From NCBI GenBank assembly GCA_963830915.1, contig CAWHOE010000051.1, positions 32,001 to 96,000 on the forward strand: a DNA stretch of 64,000 nucleotides, given 5' to 3'. This document shows, in pieces, positions 18,423-29,858 of this stretch. A model generated the notes under the pieces. It saw only the letters and a list, made by a program, of their open reading frames with translations, did no database searches and had not been told where the DNA came from. The DNA comes from a candidate division FCPU426 bacterium. Its GTDB lineage: Bacteria > Oederibacteriota > Muellerivitia > Muellerivitales > Muellerivitaceae. The number at the start of each line of letters is the position of its first letter. The first letter of the stretch is position 1. The position numbers and the translations under genes were made by a program.

Positions 18423-20876
18423 ATGCCGACCGCCCTAGTCATTCATGGCCATTTCTACCAACCGCCCCGGGAAAATCCCTGGACGGGCGTCATTGACGAC
18501 CAGCCCAGCGCCCAGCCTTTTCCCAACTGGAACGACAGGGTTTATTACGAGTGTTACCGCCCCAATGCTTTCGCTCGGGTATTCGACCTGCGAAGCGGCC
18601 GTATCGAGAGTATCACCAACAATTACGAGTACCTCAGCTTTAACCTTGGGCCGACCCTTCTTTCTTGGATGGAAAAATACCATCCCAATACCTATCCCTT
18701 GATCCTGGAAGCGGATAAGACCAGCGCCAAGCGAAACAACGGCCATGGGAACGCCATCGCGCAAGGCTATAACCACGCCATCCTGCCTCTTTGTAACGAG
18801 GCGGACCGGATCACCCAGGTGAAATGGGGTATCGCCGATTTCAAGTACCGCTTTGAGAGGAACCCGGAATCCCTCTGGCTTCCCGAGACCGCCTGTAACG
18901 ACGCCACGATGTCGGTCTTGATCGATGAGGGTTTGAAGTATGTCATCCTGTCACCCGACCAAGCCGAACGGGTTCGCCCCATCACGGGCGGGGATTGGCA
19001 TGACGTTTCCAACGGGAGCATCGACCCGGGCGTGGCTTACCGATACTTCCACCGGGACGGGTCCAAGCGGTTCATTGATGTCTTCTTTTATGACATGAAC
19101 ATCGCCAAAAGCATCGCTTTCGAAGGGGCTTTGATCACCAGCCAGGCCCTATTGGAGCGGATCGCACGGGCGGGCGGCGGGGATGGCCGGATCGTCCATG
19201 CCGCGACCGATGGGGAATCCTACGGTCACCACACCAAGTTCGGGGACCGAAGCCTGGCTTACGCCCTGGAAGTGGAAGCCGCCAACCGCAACTACTGGGT
19301 CACCAATTACGGCGCCTATCTTGAGAAATTCCCGCCCAACCATGAAGTGGAGATCAAGCCGGGCCCGGATGGATTCGGGACTTCCTGGAGTTGCGCCCAC
19401 GGGGTGGGCCGTTGGTACCGGGATTGCGGATGCCAGACGGGAGGCCGGGAAGGCTGGAACCAGGCCTGGCGTGGACCCTTGCGGCAAGCCTTTGATTTCG
19501 TGCGCGACACCGTGAACCTTTATTTCGAGGTGGAGCGGGGGAAACTGTTCAAAGACCCCTGGGCCGCCCGGAACGATTATGTTCAATTGCTCCTGGACCC
19601 ATCGGCCTCACGGGAAGAATTCCTAGCCAAACAAGCCGGGCGGACCTTGAATGAGACGGAACAGATCAGGGCCTTGACCCAGTTGGAGATACAGCGCAAC
19701 TCCATGCTCATGTACACCAGCTGCGGGTGGTTCTTCACGGAGATCACCGGCATCGAGACGGTCCAGATCCTGAGATACGCCGCCCGAGTGTTCGATCTTT
19801 TGGAGACCTTGGGTTATCCCTCGCCTGAAAAACAATTCTTGGAGATCCTTTCCAAAGCCAAGAGCAATGTCACTGAATATGGCACAGGGGCGGATGTTTA
19901 TATGCGTTTCGCCAAGACCTGCCGGGTGACGCCCCAGGGCGTGGTGGCCCATCTGGCCATTTCCAGCCTGGTGAACCATACCCCGGTGAAAGGGGAAGCG
20001 GGCGGTTTTTATTTCGAGATGATGGATGCCCGCAAGGAAGAACATGGCCGTTATACCTTGATGACGGGTCATATCCATCTCCAGGATAAAATGAGCCGGC
20101 AAAGTTACCATTATTCTTTCGGCGGATTGCATCTGGGAGGCATCGACTTTTACGGGGCCATCCGGCCTTTTGTCGAGGGTAAGGACTTCAAAAAGACCGC
20201 GGAGAAACTCTGGGAACAATTCTATATCGTCTCCCTCCCCAAATTGCTCCGCTTGATGCAGGAGGAATTCGGCCCGGAGGAATTCGGGGTGGAACAGCTG
20301 CTTCCCGAGTCACGGCAGAAGATATTCCAGGAAGTGTTCGGTACCCTGGTGGACCGTTTTTCCGAGCAATACGTCCGTCTTTATGAGGACAACCGGCGCA
20401 ACCTGGAGATGCTCCAAACCGCCGGCTTTGAACTGCCCAAGGAGATCCGGGCGGCGGCCGAGTTCACGTTCGGGAAACTCTTCGAGGAAGAGATCCAGAA
20501 AAAGGAATGGTTTAAGGACCCCCTGGCCTATAAGAACCTGATCAGCCTGGCCGATGAGGTCACCCAACACGGTTATCACATCGACCGTTTCGTGGCAGAG
20601 CATACCTTCCGCAACTTGATCACTGAAATAGTCGAGTTCGCCGTGGAAAAGCCCAATGAGGACAATATCCGGGCGGCCAAGGCGGTCGTGCATCTGACCA
20701 AGAAACTGGGTTTGGACTATAATCTTTACCTGGCCCAGGAAGCGGTTTTCCAGGCCGCCGAGAAGTCCCAGGAATTCGAGAAATTGACCGAGCTATCGGA
20801 TCTTTTGGACCTGAGGACCGATCTACTGCTTGTGAAAAACAAAGAGATGAAAAAGAATCTGCGCCCAACGGCGTGA
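18423..20876 (+). CDS. GH57-family glycoside hydrolase / DUF3536 protein
   Basis: IHGHFYQPPRENPW, WLPETA, ATDGESYGHH, MYTSCGWFF. Confidence 0.9.
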   Translation: MPTALVIHGHFYQPPRENPWTGVIDDQPSAQPFPNWNDRVYYECYRPNAFARVFDLRSGRIESITNNYEYLSFNLGPTLLSWMEKYHPNTYPLILEADKTSAKRNNGHGNAIAQGYNHAILPLCNEADRITQVKWGIADFKYRFERNPESLWLPETACNDATMSVLIDEGLKYVILSPDQAERVRPITGGDWHDVSNGSIDPGVAYRYFHRDGSKRFIDVFFYDMNIAKSIAFEGALITSQALLERIARAGGGDGRIVHAATDGESYGHHTKFGDRSLAYALEVEAANRNYWVTNYGAYLEKFPPNHEVEIKPGPDGFGTSWSCAHGVGRWYRDCGCQTGGREGWNQAWRGPLRQAFDFVRDTVNLYFEVERGKLFKDPWAARNDYVQLLLDPSASREEFLAKQAGRTLNETEQIRALTQLEIQRNSMLMYTSCGWFFTEITGIETVQILRYAARVFDLLETLGYPSPEKQFLEILSKAKSNVTEYGTGADVYMRFAKTCRVTPQGVVAHLAISSLVNHTPVKGEAGGFYFEMMDARKEEHGRYTLMTGHIHLQDKMSRQSYHYSFGGLHLGGIDFYGAIRPFVEGKDFKKTAEKLWEQFYIVSLPKLLRLMQEEFGPEEFGVEQLLPESRQKIFQEVFGTLVDRFSEQYVRLYEDNRRNLEMLQTAGFELPKEIRAAAEFTFGKLFEEEIQKKEWFKDPLAYKNLISLADEVTQHGYHIDRFVAEHTFRNLITEIVEFAVEKPNEDNIRAAKAVVHLTKKLGLDYNLYLAQEAVFQAAEKSQEFEKLTELSDLLDLRTDLLLVKNKEMKKNLRPTA

Positions 20877-20888
20877 AAGTAGGATCCC

Positions 20889-23108
20889 TTGGCGCCCCGT
20901 AAACCCAAAACAACCGCCTCGACCAAAAGGAAGGCCGCGCAAATACCGGAAGCCGGTCCCTTATTGAGCCTATCCCACCGTGATCCTCACGCCTTTCTGG
21001 GGATACATCCTCAAAAAGATGGGATCAAAGTGAGGATCTATCTGCCGGAAGCTAAGTCGGTCTCTATCCTCCTCAAGAAAAAGAAAGTTTTACTGGACCA
21101 AGTGGATGCCCGTGGGCTTTTTGAGGTCTTGCTGCCGGGGTTGAAAGAGCTTCCGCCTTACCAGGTTCGCGTGGAATACGCTGGGGATAAATCCTTCGAA
21201 TATTGGGATCCCTACGCCTTTTGGCCAACCCTGGGAGAATTGGACCTTTATCTCTTAGGGGAAGGTAATCACGAGAGACTGCACGAAAAACTAGGAGCCC
21301 ATTTTCTCAAACATCAGGAAGTGGAAGGGGTCTCATTCTCCGTTTGGGCACCGGGCGCCAAAAGTGTCAGTGTGGTGGGGGATTTCAACGGCTGGGACGG
21401 GCGCCTGCACATGATGCGTTGCCTGGGTAACTCAGGGATCTGGGAGATATTCATCCCGGGGTTGGAACAGGGGACCAATTATAAGTTCGAGATCAGGTCC
21501 GATAATGGGGGTTTGAAGCTCAAGGCCGACCCATACGCGTTCGCCACAGAAAAACCACCCTTGACCGCGTCCAGGATCTACAAATCCCATTATCAATTCA
21601 AAGACCAAACCTGGATGGAGAACCGTGCCAAGGGCGACCCCATCAAAAAGCCCATGTCCATCTACGAGGTCCATCTTGAATCCTGGCGAAAGGTTCCAGA
21701 GGACGGGGATCGATCCCTGACCTATCAGGAGATGGCGGTCCAATTGGGAGATTACATGAAGGAAATGGGTTTCACCCACGTGGAATTCATGCCCGTCATG
21801 GAGCATCCTTTTGGGGGTTCCTGGGGTTATCAAGTCTCCTCTTACTTCGCCCCAACCTCCCGCTTTGGCGAACCGGATGATTTCAAGTTCCTGGTGGACC
21901 ATCTCCATCAACTGGGTATCGGCGTCATCCTGGATTGGGTCCCTGCCCATTTTCCCAAGGATGATTTCGCGTTAGGACGTTTTGATGGGACGGGATTATA
22001 CGAGCATATCGACCCTCGCCAAGGAGAACACCCTGACTGGGGTACCTACGTTTTCAATTTTGGGCGCAATGAGGTCCGGAACTTTCTCATCTCCAACGCT
22101 CTGTTTTGGTTATCCGAATACCATGTGGACGGTTTGCGGCTGGACGCCGTGGCTTCCATGCTTTACCTGGACTACAGCCGGGAAGCGGGGGAATGGGTAC
22201 CGAATAAGTATGGAGGTAATGAGAACCTGGAGGCTATTTCCTTCCTGCGTCGACTCAATGAACTGGTTTACGCCCACCATCCCGGGGCATTGATGATCGC
22301 CGAGGAATCCACCGCCTGGCCCGCGGTCAGCCGCCCGACCTACTCGGGAGGTTTAGGGTTCGGGTTCAAGTGGAACATGGGATGGATGCACGACACCCTT
22401 TTCTATTTCAGCCGGGACCCCATCTACCGCCGATTCAACCACAATAACCTGACCTTCGGTTTCCTGTACGCCTGGAGCGAGAATTTCATCCTTCCCATCT
22501 CTCATGACGAGGTGGTGCACGGGAAATGTTCCTTGATCGACAAGATGCCGGGGGATCGTTGGCAGAAGTTCGCCGGTTTGCGCTCCCTTTTCGGCTATAT
22601 GTGGGCCCATCCCGGCAAGAAGCTCCTTTTTATGGGCAGCGAATTCGCCCAGTTTTTCGAGTGGAATCATGACCGTAGTCTGGATTGGCATCTGACCCAA
22701 TGGGCGGACCACTGGCGGATCCAGGATTATGTCAAAGACTTAAACCGGATCTATCAGGAGAACCCGGCGTTGTGGGAAGCGGACGTGGACCCGGTCGGTT
22801 TTCAATGGGTCGACGCCAATAACGCCGATGAGAATGTCGTGGCGTTCCTGAGAAGGTCGCCTTCGACGGGGAGACAAGTGCTCTGTGTGGGGAATTTTTC
22901 ACCGGTGATGCGGACTGGTTATCGGGTGGGGCTGCCTAAATGGGGTTATTACAAGGAGATCCTGAACTCCGACTCGAGCCTTTATGGAGGCAGTAATTTC
23001 GGCAACGGCGGGGGCATCCACGCGGAGAATATTCCCTGCCATAACCAACCTTTTTCAGCCATAGTGGCCCTTCCTCCATTGGCGACATTGTGGTTCGAAG
23101 CGCCCTGA
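20889..23108 (+). CDS. glgB: 1,4-alpha-glucan branching enzyme
   Basis: IYEVHL.SW, LDWVPAHFP, DGLRLDAVASMLYLDYSR, AEEST, SHDEVVHGK. Confidence 0.97.
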   Translation: MAPRKPKTTASTKRKAAQIPEAGPLLSLSHRDPHAFLGIHPQKDGIKVRIYLPEAKSVSILLKKKKVLLDQVDARGLFEVLLPGLKELPPYQVRVEYAGDKSFEYWDPYAFWPTLGELDLYLLGEGNHERLHEKLGAHFLKHQEVEGVSFSVWAPGAKSVSVVGDFNGWDGRLHMMRCLGNSGIWEIFIPGLEQGTNYKFEIRSDNGGLKLKADPYAFATEKPPLTASRIYKSHYQFKDQTWMENRAKGDPIKKPMSIYEVHLESWRKVPEDGDRSLTYQEMAVQLGDYMKEMGFTHVEFMPVMEHPFGGSWGYQVSSYFAPTSRFGEPDDFKFLVDHLHQLGIGVILDWVPAHFPKDDFALGRFDGTGLYEHIDPRQGEHPDWGTYVFNFGRNEVRNFLISNALFWLSEYHVDGLRLDAVASMLYLDYSREAGEWVPNKYGGNENLEAISFLRRLNELVYAHHPGALMIAEESTAWPAVSRPTYSGGLGFGFKWNMGWMHDTLFYFSRDPIYRRFNHNNLTFGFLYAWSENFILPISHDEVVHGKCSLIDKMPGDRWQKFAGLRSLFGYMWAHPGKKLLFMGSEFAQFFEWNHDRSLDWHLTQWADHWRIQDYVKDLNRIYQENPALWEADVDPVGFQWVDANNADENVVAFLRRSPSTGRQVLCVGNFSPVMRTGYRVGLPKWGYYKEILNSDSSLYGGSNFGNGGGIHAENIPCHNQPFSAIVALPPLATLWFEAP

Positions 23109-23135
23109 ACGGCCCAAAATCCCTAAAGTTGCGAG

Positions 23136-23165
23136 TTGCGGGTCTTTTGGTGGCCAACCTATAAT
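23136..23165 (+). promoter_or_regulatory. putative sigma70 promoter of accA
   Basis: TTGCGG-18 nt-TATAAT. Confidence 0.4.
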
Positions 23166-23203
23166 ATCGTTTTGGTTTTATACCTTCTTAAATTAAGGAC
23201 GTC

Positions 23204-24055
23204 ATGAAAGCGAAACCGCATCATTCGGTAAATAAAAATACCGTTAAGGTCCATAAGGGCTTGTCGGCATGGGAAAGGGTCCAGCTGGCCAGGAATCCCC
23301 AACGACCCTACGTGACCGATTATATGCCTTTGGTTTTTGGGGAATTCCTCGAGATCCATGGGGACCGGACTTTCAGCGACGACCCTGCCACGATCGCGGG
23401 TTTTACCACTTTGGATGACCAGCCGGTGATGGTATTCGGTCAACGCCGCGGGCATGACACGAAGGAGAATATCCAACGGAATTTCGGGATGTCCCATCCG
23501 GAAGGCTACCGTAAGGCCCTTCGTCTATTTAAAATGGCGGAGAAATTCAAGAAACCCATCATCACTTTTGTGGATACCTCCGGGGCCTATCCCGGCCTGG
23601 GCGCTGAGGAAAGAGGTCAGGCGGAGGCCATCGCCAGGAACCTTTTGGAAATGGCCAAATTGTGCGTTCCGGTCATCACGGTCATCTTGGGTGAGGGCGG
23701 GAGCGGGGGAGCCATCGGTATCGCAGTTTCGAACAAGGTCTTGATGCTGGAAAACGCCGTGTATTCGGTCATCTCGCCCGAGGGATGCGCCGCTATCCTA
23801 TGGAATGACAGGGAAAAGATCCAACAGGCGGCGGAAGTCTTGAAATTGACAGCGGTGGATCTTCTTCGTTTAAAGATCATCGATGAGATCATTCCCGAGC
23901 CTGTTGGAGGGGCCCATACCGATTATGAGGCGACCGCGAAAGAATTGAAAAAGTGTCTTGTCAAGGTCTTGAAACCGCTCTTGAAATTATCGCCTTCCGC
24001 CTTGAAAGACCAGCGTTATGGGAAGTTCCGGGCCATGGGAGTCTTCAAAGACTAG
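23204..24055 (+). CDS. accA: acetyl-CoA carboxylase carboxyltransferase alpha subunit
   Basis: VQLARNPQRP, RNFGMSHPEGYRKA, AEERGQAEAIA, GEGGSGGA, YSVISPEGCAAILW. Confidence 0.97.
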   Translation: MKAKPHHSVNKNTVKVHKGLSAWERVQLARNPQRPYVTDYMPLVFGEFLEIHGDRTFSDDPATIAGFTTLDDQPVMVFGQRRGHDTKENIQRNFGMSHPEGYRKALRLFKMAEKFKKPIITFVDTSGAYPGLGAEERGQAEAIARNLLEMAKLCVPVITVILGEGGSGGAIGIAVSNKVLMLENAVYSVISPEGCAAILWNDREKIQQAAEVLKLTAVDLLRLKIIDEIIPEPVGGAHTDYEATAKELKKCLVKVLKPLLKLSPSALKDQRYGKFRAMGVFKD

Positions 24056-24111
24056 TGGTGCCATCCATCCGCCGAATATCATCCCCGCAACATGAACCGA
24101 GGACTTTTTTC

Positions 24112-24870
24112 ATGAAACCGAAGAAGATCTCTTTAAGTATCCCCGCCTTGCTGACCCTTTGGGTCCTCGTGTTCACGGTCGGTCTTCCGCGGGTTTGGGC
24201 AAAGCCGCGGATCGTTCTGTACGCGGCACATGGAGGGTCGGATTCCGGGGTCAAGGCCGGTTCGGAAGTCGAAAAAGAATGGAATTTGAAGGTCGCCAAA
24301 AGCCTCCAGCAAACCTTCGAATCGGCGGGTTTTGAGGTTGTCATGGTCCGGAAGAAAGATGAGGCCCTATCGACCGAGACCTGGACGAACCTGGGCAACA
24401 CTTCCGACGCGTTACTGGCCATCGTGATCCACTCGGAAAGGGATTGGACTGGGCGTATGACCGGTCCCCTATTCGTAGTGGAGCCTCCCACCCGGACGGA
24501 TAATTCCGATAATCAGGATATCCAAAGGTGGGGGGTGACTTCACTGGCGCAATATCACGCCAGTTTGAGGCTCGCGAAGGCCATAGCGAGCAAGCTGGGA
24601 GTTGGTGGTGAATTGTCGAACCTATCCGACAGCCGGGGAATAACGGGCGAAATGATTTCGCCCGAAGGAAGGATATGGTGCATGCCCCATCAGGACCTGA
24701 GGTTTTTGACCATCCCCTCGATCGTCCTTACCCCTCTTTTCTTGACATCGTCCGCCGACCTGAAGAAATATTCCACGAACGACGGACTCCAAGCCTTCGC
24801 CAATGGGACGGTTCAGGGGACCATGGATTTCCTCCAAATGCCGACCCCTGTTCCGACGGTGGGCCGATGA
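24112..24870 (+). CDS. N-acetylmuramoyl-L-alanine amidase (Amidase_3)-like protein, catalytic Glu apparently missing
   Basis: Signal/TM, AAHGGSDSG, EKEWN, IVIHS; SIVLTPLFLTS where S.LVE.GF.SN is expected. Confidence 0.75.
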   Translation: MKPKKISLSIPALLTLWVLVFTVGLPRVWAKPRIVLYAAHGGSDSGVKAGSEVEKEWNLKVAKSLQQTFESAGFEVVMVRKKDEALSTETWTNLGNTSDALLAIVIHSERDWTGRMTGPLFVVEPPTRTDNSDNQDIQRWGVTSLAQYHASLRLAKAIASKLGVGGELSNLSDSRGITGEMISPEGRIWCMPHQDLRFLTIPSIVLTPLFLTSSADLKKYSTNDGLQAFANGTVQGTMDFLQMPTPVPTVGR

Positions 24871-25469
24871 GAAAAATAAATTTTCCATGGAAAACAACGA
24901 TTGTGATCGCTGTTTTTTTGGTTCTGGTGATCCTTGGTTTGTGGAAACACAACCAAGGGAATCCTCTCAAATCCGAAACGGGACACGGCTTATCTTCGGC
25001 CCCGCTTTTTGAGGCTCATGACCGTTCGGTCTCTATCCTGATAAAAACAATGGAAATGTCGACCGGTAAACCGGTCAATGTCCCGGCCTCGATCCGTCAG
25101 AGCAAAAGCCGGTACAACCAGATGAAACAGGCGGTCCTGGCTTTTTTGGACGGCCCGCGAAAAGGGAAATTCCAAGTCCCGGTCCCGGAAGGGATGGCTT
25201 TGAATGAATTCTATCTGACCCCGGAAGGAACGGCGGTGGTGGATCTTTCGATGACATCGGTCAATCGATCGACCTTTGGATTCGTCGAGGAAGCGCTATT
25301 CGTGAAAGGTTTGATCGAGGTATTGAGCAAGAATTTTTTTGAGGTCAAAATGGTGAAGATCCTTGTGGATGGGCAAGACGCTCCTACCCTGGCGGGGCAT
25401 TACGCGCTGGGGACTTCGGACCCGGCGGCATCGACCGCTTTAGGCGCTTATGGCGGGCCAACCGACTAA
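24867..25469 (+). CDS. GerMN domain membrane-anchored protein
   Basis: N-terminal [33 protein letters not shown]; follows an amidase as is typical. Confidence 0.8.
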   Translation: MRKINFPWKTTIVIAVFLVLVILGLWKHNQGNPLKSETGHGLSSAPLFEAHDRSVSILIKTMEMSTGKPVNVPASIRQSKSRYNQMKQAVLAFLDGPRKGKFQVPVPEGMALNEFYLTPEGTAVVDLSMTSVNRSTFGFVEEALFVKGLIEVLSKNFFEVKMVKILVDGQDAPTLAGHYALGTSDPAASTALGAYGGPTD

Positions 25470-25491
25470 ACTTCTTTATAAAGAGAGAACC

Positions 25492-28155
25492 ATGGTTAAT
25501 GATCCAAAAACGGAGTTACCTCCGGCTTATGAACCGTCCGAGGTGGAAAAAAGATGGTATGGGAAATGGGAAGAAGCGGGATTGTTCAAAGCGTCCGTGG
25601 AGTATTCCAAACCGCCCTTTTGTATGGTCATTCCGCCCCCTAATGTGACCGGAAGCCTGCATATCGGCCACGCTCTCAATAACACCCTTCAAGACCTGAT
25701 CGCCCGTTTCAAACGCATGAGAGGTTTCAATGTTCTATGGCTTCCGGGGTGTGATCACGCCGGTATCGCCACGCAGAATGTGGTTGAGAGGGAGCTGAAA
25801 AAGGAAGGAAAAACCCGGCATGACCTGGGCCGGGAAGAATTTTTAAAGCGGGTATGGGATTGGAAGAATAAGTATGGCGCCACCATCATGGGCCAATTGC
25901 GAAAGTTGGGATGCTCGTTGGATTGGTCCCGCGAACGATTCACGATGGACGAGGGCTTGTCCAAAGCGGTCCAAAAGGTATTCATCGATCTCTACAACGA
26001 GAAGCTCATCTATCAGGACTATTATTTGATCAGCTGGTGTCCCCGATGCCAGACCGCCCTTTCCGATATTGAGGTCGAACACAAGACTACCCAGGGGAAT
26101 TTCTACCACATCCGTTATCCCTTCGCTCACGACCCGGCCAATGGGTTGGAAGTGGCCACCACCAGGCCGGAAACCCTCTTGGGGGATACGGCGGTCGCGG
26201 TGCATCCGGAGGACGAACGCTATTCAGGCTTGCAGGGGAAATCGGTGATCCTGCCCCTTGTCCAAAAACCCATCCCCATCATCCGGGATGAGTATGTCGA
26301 CCGCCAATTCGGCACGGGAGTGGTCAAGATCACCCCGGCCCATGATTTCAATGACTTCCAGGTTGGGAACAGGCACCAGCTGCCAAGGGTCAATATCCTC
26401 AATCCGGACGGGACCTTGAATGAGAATGCGGGCAATTACAAGGGAATGCCGGTATTGGCCGCCCGCAAGAAAGTCGTTGAGGACCTGGAAGCTCTTGGAC
26501 TTTTACTGAAAGTGGAACCTCATGAGCACAATGTGGGCCATTGCTCCCGGTGCGGGACGGTGGTTGAGCCCTACTATTCCAAGCAATGGTTCGTCAAAAT
26601 GAAACCCCTGGCCCTAGAGGCGCTTAAAGCCGTGGACGAGGGAAAGACAAAGTTCGTGCCGGAGGCTTGGCGGGGGGAATTCGAAAAGTGGTTGTTGAAT
26701 ATCCATGATTGGTGTATCAGCCGACAGCTTTGGTGGGGCCATCGTATCCCTGTTTACACCTGCGCCGAATGCGGTACCCAAACAGCTTCCACTGAAATGC
26801 CATTGGATTGCCCAAAAGGTCACAAAGGCCGGATGGAACAGGACCCGGATGTCTTGGATACCTGGTTTTCCTCGGGGCTTTGGCCTTTTTCCACATTGGG
26901 TTGGCCGGAAAAGACCAAGGACTTGGAACTCTTTTATCCAACATCGGTCTTGGTGACTTCCTGGGATATCATTTTCTTCTGGGTGGCCAGGATGATGATG
27001 ATGGGTTTGAAATTCATGGGGGAAGTGCCTTTCTCCGAGGTCTACATGTACTCCCTGGTGGCGGATGCTGAGGGGAAGAAAATGAGCAAGTCCAAGGGGA
27101 ATGTGGTGGACCCATTGGACCTCATCGATCAATTCGGAACGGACGCCCTCCGCTTCACTTTGACCTCGATCGAGACCAAACAGCGCTATGTGGCCTTGAC
27201 CCCGCAAAAGCTAGAGTCGTGCCGAAATTTCGTGAATAAACTTTACAACGCCACCCGCTTTGTCTTGATGACATTGCCGGAGGGCGAAACGATCGAGCCG
27301 TTATCGAAGGTCGATCATGCAAAATTGAAGCTGGAAGATCGATGGATTCTGACCAGGCTTTCCCAGGTGACGGAGGAAGTCACTCAGGATTACGAGACCT
27401 ATCGGGTGGCCGAATTATCCCAAACCCTCTATCGATTCCTATGGAACGAGTTTTGCGACTGGTATCTGGAATGCATCAAGCCCCGTCTTTATTCCAAGGA
27501 TAATGAAGAGGAAAGAAAACTAGCGGCTTCGGTGGTCCTGGAGGTTCTGGATGGCCTTTTAAGGCTCCTCCATCCGGTTTTGCCCTTTGTGACGGAGGAG
27601 TTGTGGCATAAGCTTCCGGGAAGAGGAACGTTCATCATGCGATCACCCTGGCCCAAACCAGGGGATTATCCCGTGAATACTGAAGCCGTCAAAAGTTTCG
27701 AATTGCTTCAGGAAATAGTCACGGCTATTCGCACATGTCGAAGTGAAATATCTTTTCCGCCAGCAAATAAAGTTAACGTCGCTATCTTAGGGGATGAAAA
27801 TTTACATCAATCGTTATTTAAATTCCAAGACTTGGTTAAATCACTTGCGAAAGTCGAGGGAATGGGGCCGACCGCTTCTTCTCCTTTGAAACCTGCCGCT
27901 GTTTATCCCATTGCGAATGGTGAAATATATGTTCTTTTGGAAGGGTATGTTGACTTGAACAAAGAATCGGTCAAGAAAAAGTCGGAGATCGAAAAATTGG
28001 AAAAGTACATTCAAACCACCCAAATGAAATTATCAAACCAAGAGTTCGTGAAAAAAGCCCCGGCGGGAATGGTCGAAGCGGAAAAAACGAAGATCAGGGA
28101 ATCCGAGAACAAGATATCCCACATAAGACGCAATTTGAAATCCATGGGAGTGTGA
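25492..28155 (+). CDS. valS: valyl-tRNA synthetase
   Basis: [34 protein letters not shown]-terminal coiled coil. Confidence 0.98.
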   Translation: MVNDPKTELPPAYEPSEVEKRWYGKWEEAGLFKASVEYSKPPFCMVIPPPNVTGSLHIGHALNNTLQDLIARFKRMRGFNVLWLPGCDHAGIATQNVVERELKKEGKTRHDLGREEFLKRVWDWKNKYGATIMGQLRKLGCSLDWSRERFTMDEGLSKAVQKVFIDLYNEKLIYQDYYLISWCPRCQTALSDIEVEHKTTQGNFYHIRYPFAHDPANGLEVATTRPETLLGDTAVAVHPEDERYSGLQGKSVILPLVQKPIPIIRDEYVDRQFGTGVVKITPAHDFNDFQVGNRHQLPRVNILNPDGTLNENAGNYKGMPVLAARKKVVEDLEALGLLLKVEPHEHNVGHCSRCGTVVEPYYSKQWFVKMKPLALEALKAVDEGKTKFVPEAWRGEFEKWLLNIHDWCISRQLWWGHRIPVYTCAECGTQTASTEMPLDCPKGHKGRMEQDPDVLDTWFSSGLWPFSTLGWPEKTKDLELFYPTSVLVTSWDIIFFWVARMMMMGLKFMGEVPFSEVYMYSLVADAEGKKMSKSKGNVVDPLDLIDQFGTDALRFTLTSIETKQRYVALTPQKLESCRNFVNKLYNATRFVLMTLPEGETIEPLSKVDHAKLKLEDRWILTRLSQVTEEVTQDYETYRVAELSQTLYRFLWNEFCDWYLECIKPRLYSKDNEEERKLAASVVLEVLDGLLRLLHPVLPFVTEELWHKLPGRGTFIMRSPWPKPGDYPVNTEAVKSFELLQEIVTAIRTCRSEISFPPANKVNVAILGDENLHQSLFKFQDLVKSLAKVEGMGPTASSPLKPAAVYPIANGEIYVLLEGYVDLNKESVKKKSEIEKLEKYIQTTQMKLSNQEFVKKAPAGMVEAEKTKIRESENKISHIRRNLKSMGV

Positions 28156-28161
28156 TCGGTT

Positions 28162-29004
28162 ATGGGACGTCCATTGGATCTTAAGAATATCCGGCCTTTA
28201 TTGATCGCCTCCCTACGCGAAGATGGCGCTTGGGAAGACAGGACAACAAAAGCGGTAATCCCTCCCAGTTTGATAGCGAAAGGGGAAGTGGTCGCTAAAT
28301 CCCCCGGCATCTTGGCCGGTTTTCCGGTCATGGCGGAGGTTTTTAGAATCCTCGATAAAAAGTGTCGATTAATCCCGCTCGTCAAGGAAGGGCAAAAAGT
28401 TCATCCCGGTCAACGAGTGGCTTGGTTGAAAGGGCCTGCTCGCGGTCTTCTGTCGGGTGAAAGGGTGGCGTTGAACCTAATGAGTAGACTATCGGGGATC
28501 GCTACCTTGACCCGGAAAATGCGGCAAGCGTTAGGGAGCCCACGCCTATTTGACACTCGCAAAACGACTCCTCTTTGGAGGGCACTGGAACGGTACGCGG
28601 TCAAAGTGGGAGGGGGACGGAATCATCGATTCAACCTGTCGGGTCATGTACTCTTGAAAGACAATCATCTAAAACTCGGCGGCGGAGTTTTCAATACAGT
28701 GACCGCCGCCCGGAATAAATACGGGGCGGGGGAGACCATCGAGGTGGAAATCGAGACTTTTGAAGAAGCTTCCGAAGCCCTTCGTGCCGGCGCCGATATC
28801 ATCTTGATCGATAACGCCGCTCCAGCCCTGTTCCGTAAGATCCATCGATTATTGAAAGGTAAGGTGGTTTTGGAAACGTCAGGAGGGATCGACCTCCGTA
28901 ACATTCGAAAACGGTCTGGGTGGCCAGTTGACCGTTATTCTTCCGGATCACTGACCCATTCCGCTCCCGCCATTGATTTTTCGATCGAGCTTTTCCCGCT
29001 TTGA
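28162..29004 (+). CDS. nadC: quinolinate phosphoribosyltransferase
   Basis: ERVALN, DTRKTTP, NHRFNL, LLKDNH, SSGSLTHSA. Confidence 0.95.
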   Translation: MGRPLDLKNIRPLLIASLREDGAWEDRTTKAVIPPSLIAKGEVVAKSPGILAGFPVMAEVFRILDKKCRLIPLVKEGQKVHPGQRVAWLKGPARGLLSGERVALNLMSRLSGIATLTRKMRQALGSPRLFDTRKTTPLWRALERYAVKVGGGRNHRFNLSGHVLLKDNHLKLGGGVFNTVTAARNKYGAGETIEVEIETFEEASEALRAGADIILIDNAAPALFRKIHRLLKGKVVLETSGGIDLRNIRKRSGWPVDRYSSGSLTHSAPAIDFSIELFPL

Positions 29005-29858
29005 GAACATCCTCAGCCAGCTCGATTGCCTGGAACTCCCATTCGATCCGTAAGGGCCTTAAAACCAAACTCTTTGGCCGAGTCCTTTTGTGTTTTGACA
29101 AGATCACTTCAACCAATGACTTAGCTCTTGAATTGGCGATGGCGGGCGCGGAAGAAGGAACGGTCGTAATCGCCGAGACGCAGACAAAAGGACGAGGAAG
29201 GATGGGTCGTCGATGGGTATCTAGTTCGACTCGATCCATAACCTTCTCGATCGTATTGCGTCCTAAACTCCATGCTGACGAGATGTCAGAGATCACTTTA
29301 TCCGCGGCTGTTGGTGTAGCCAAAACGCTGGAAAAGTGGCGGCTCAAGCCCGATATCAAATGGCCCAACGATCTGTTGATATCTGGGAAAAAAGTCTGCG
29401 GCATTTTGACCGAAATGGGGCATAAAAAAGATAAAATAGGGACGGTCATCTTGGGGGTTGGGATCAACCTCAACCAACGGCCTGTAGATTTCCCCCCTGA
29501 ACTCAGGGAAAAGGCGACCAGCCTTTATTTAGCGTCTTCAAAACGAATAAACAGGAAACGATTTTTTCAGGAACTTTTATACCAGTTGGAAACTAGCTAT
29601 GAATTGGTGAAAGAAAGACGTTTTTCAAAAGTCCTGGGAGAATGGAAGAAAAGATCCATGACGATCGGCCGGCAAGTCAAGGTAACTCAAGGGTATAGGA
29701 CCTTTTTCGCCCAAGTCACCGATGTCGATGAAAAGGGCGCGCTTTTACTGAGGACCGATGCCGGGATGATGGAAAGATTAACATCCGGAGATGTGGAATT
29801 GCTGAAACTGAACCAAGCGAAACCATCCGTGGGCCGGATCGGAAAGGCTCGATCGTGA
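29001..29858 (+). CDS. birA: biotin-[acetyl-CoA-carboxylase] ligase (no N-terminal HTH)
   Basis: STND, QTKGRGRMGRRW, KWPND, KKVCGILTE, GVGINL. Confidence 0.93.
   Translation: MRTSSASSIAWNSHSIRKGLKTKLFGRVLLCFDKITSTNDLALELAMAGAEEGTVVIAETQTKGRGRMGRRWVSSSTRSITFSIVLRPKLHADEMSEITLSAAVGVAKTLEKWRLKPDIKWPNDLLISGKKVCGILTEMGHKKDKIGTVILGVGINLNQRPVDFPPELREKATSLYLASSKRINRKRFFQELLYQLETSYELVKERRFSKVLGEWKKRSMTIGRQVKVTQGYRTFFAQVTDVDEKGALLLRTDAGMMERLTSGDVELLKLNQAKPSVGRIGKARS

Noticed and set aside
23204..23270. Truncated accA pseudogene
   Set aside because: It lacks the E. coli N-terminal helical extension, but short AccA forms are common and the catalytic motifs are intact
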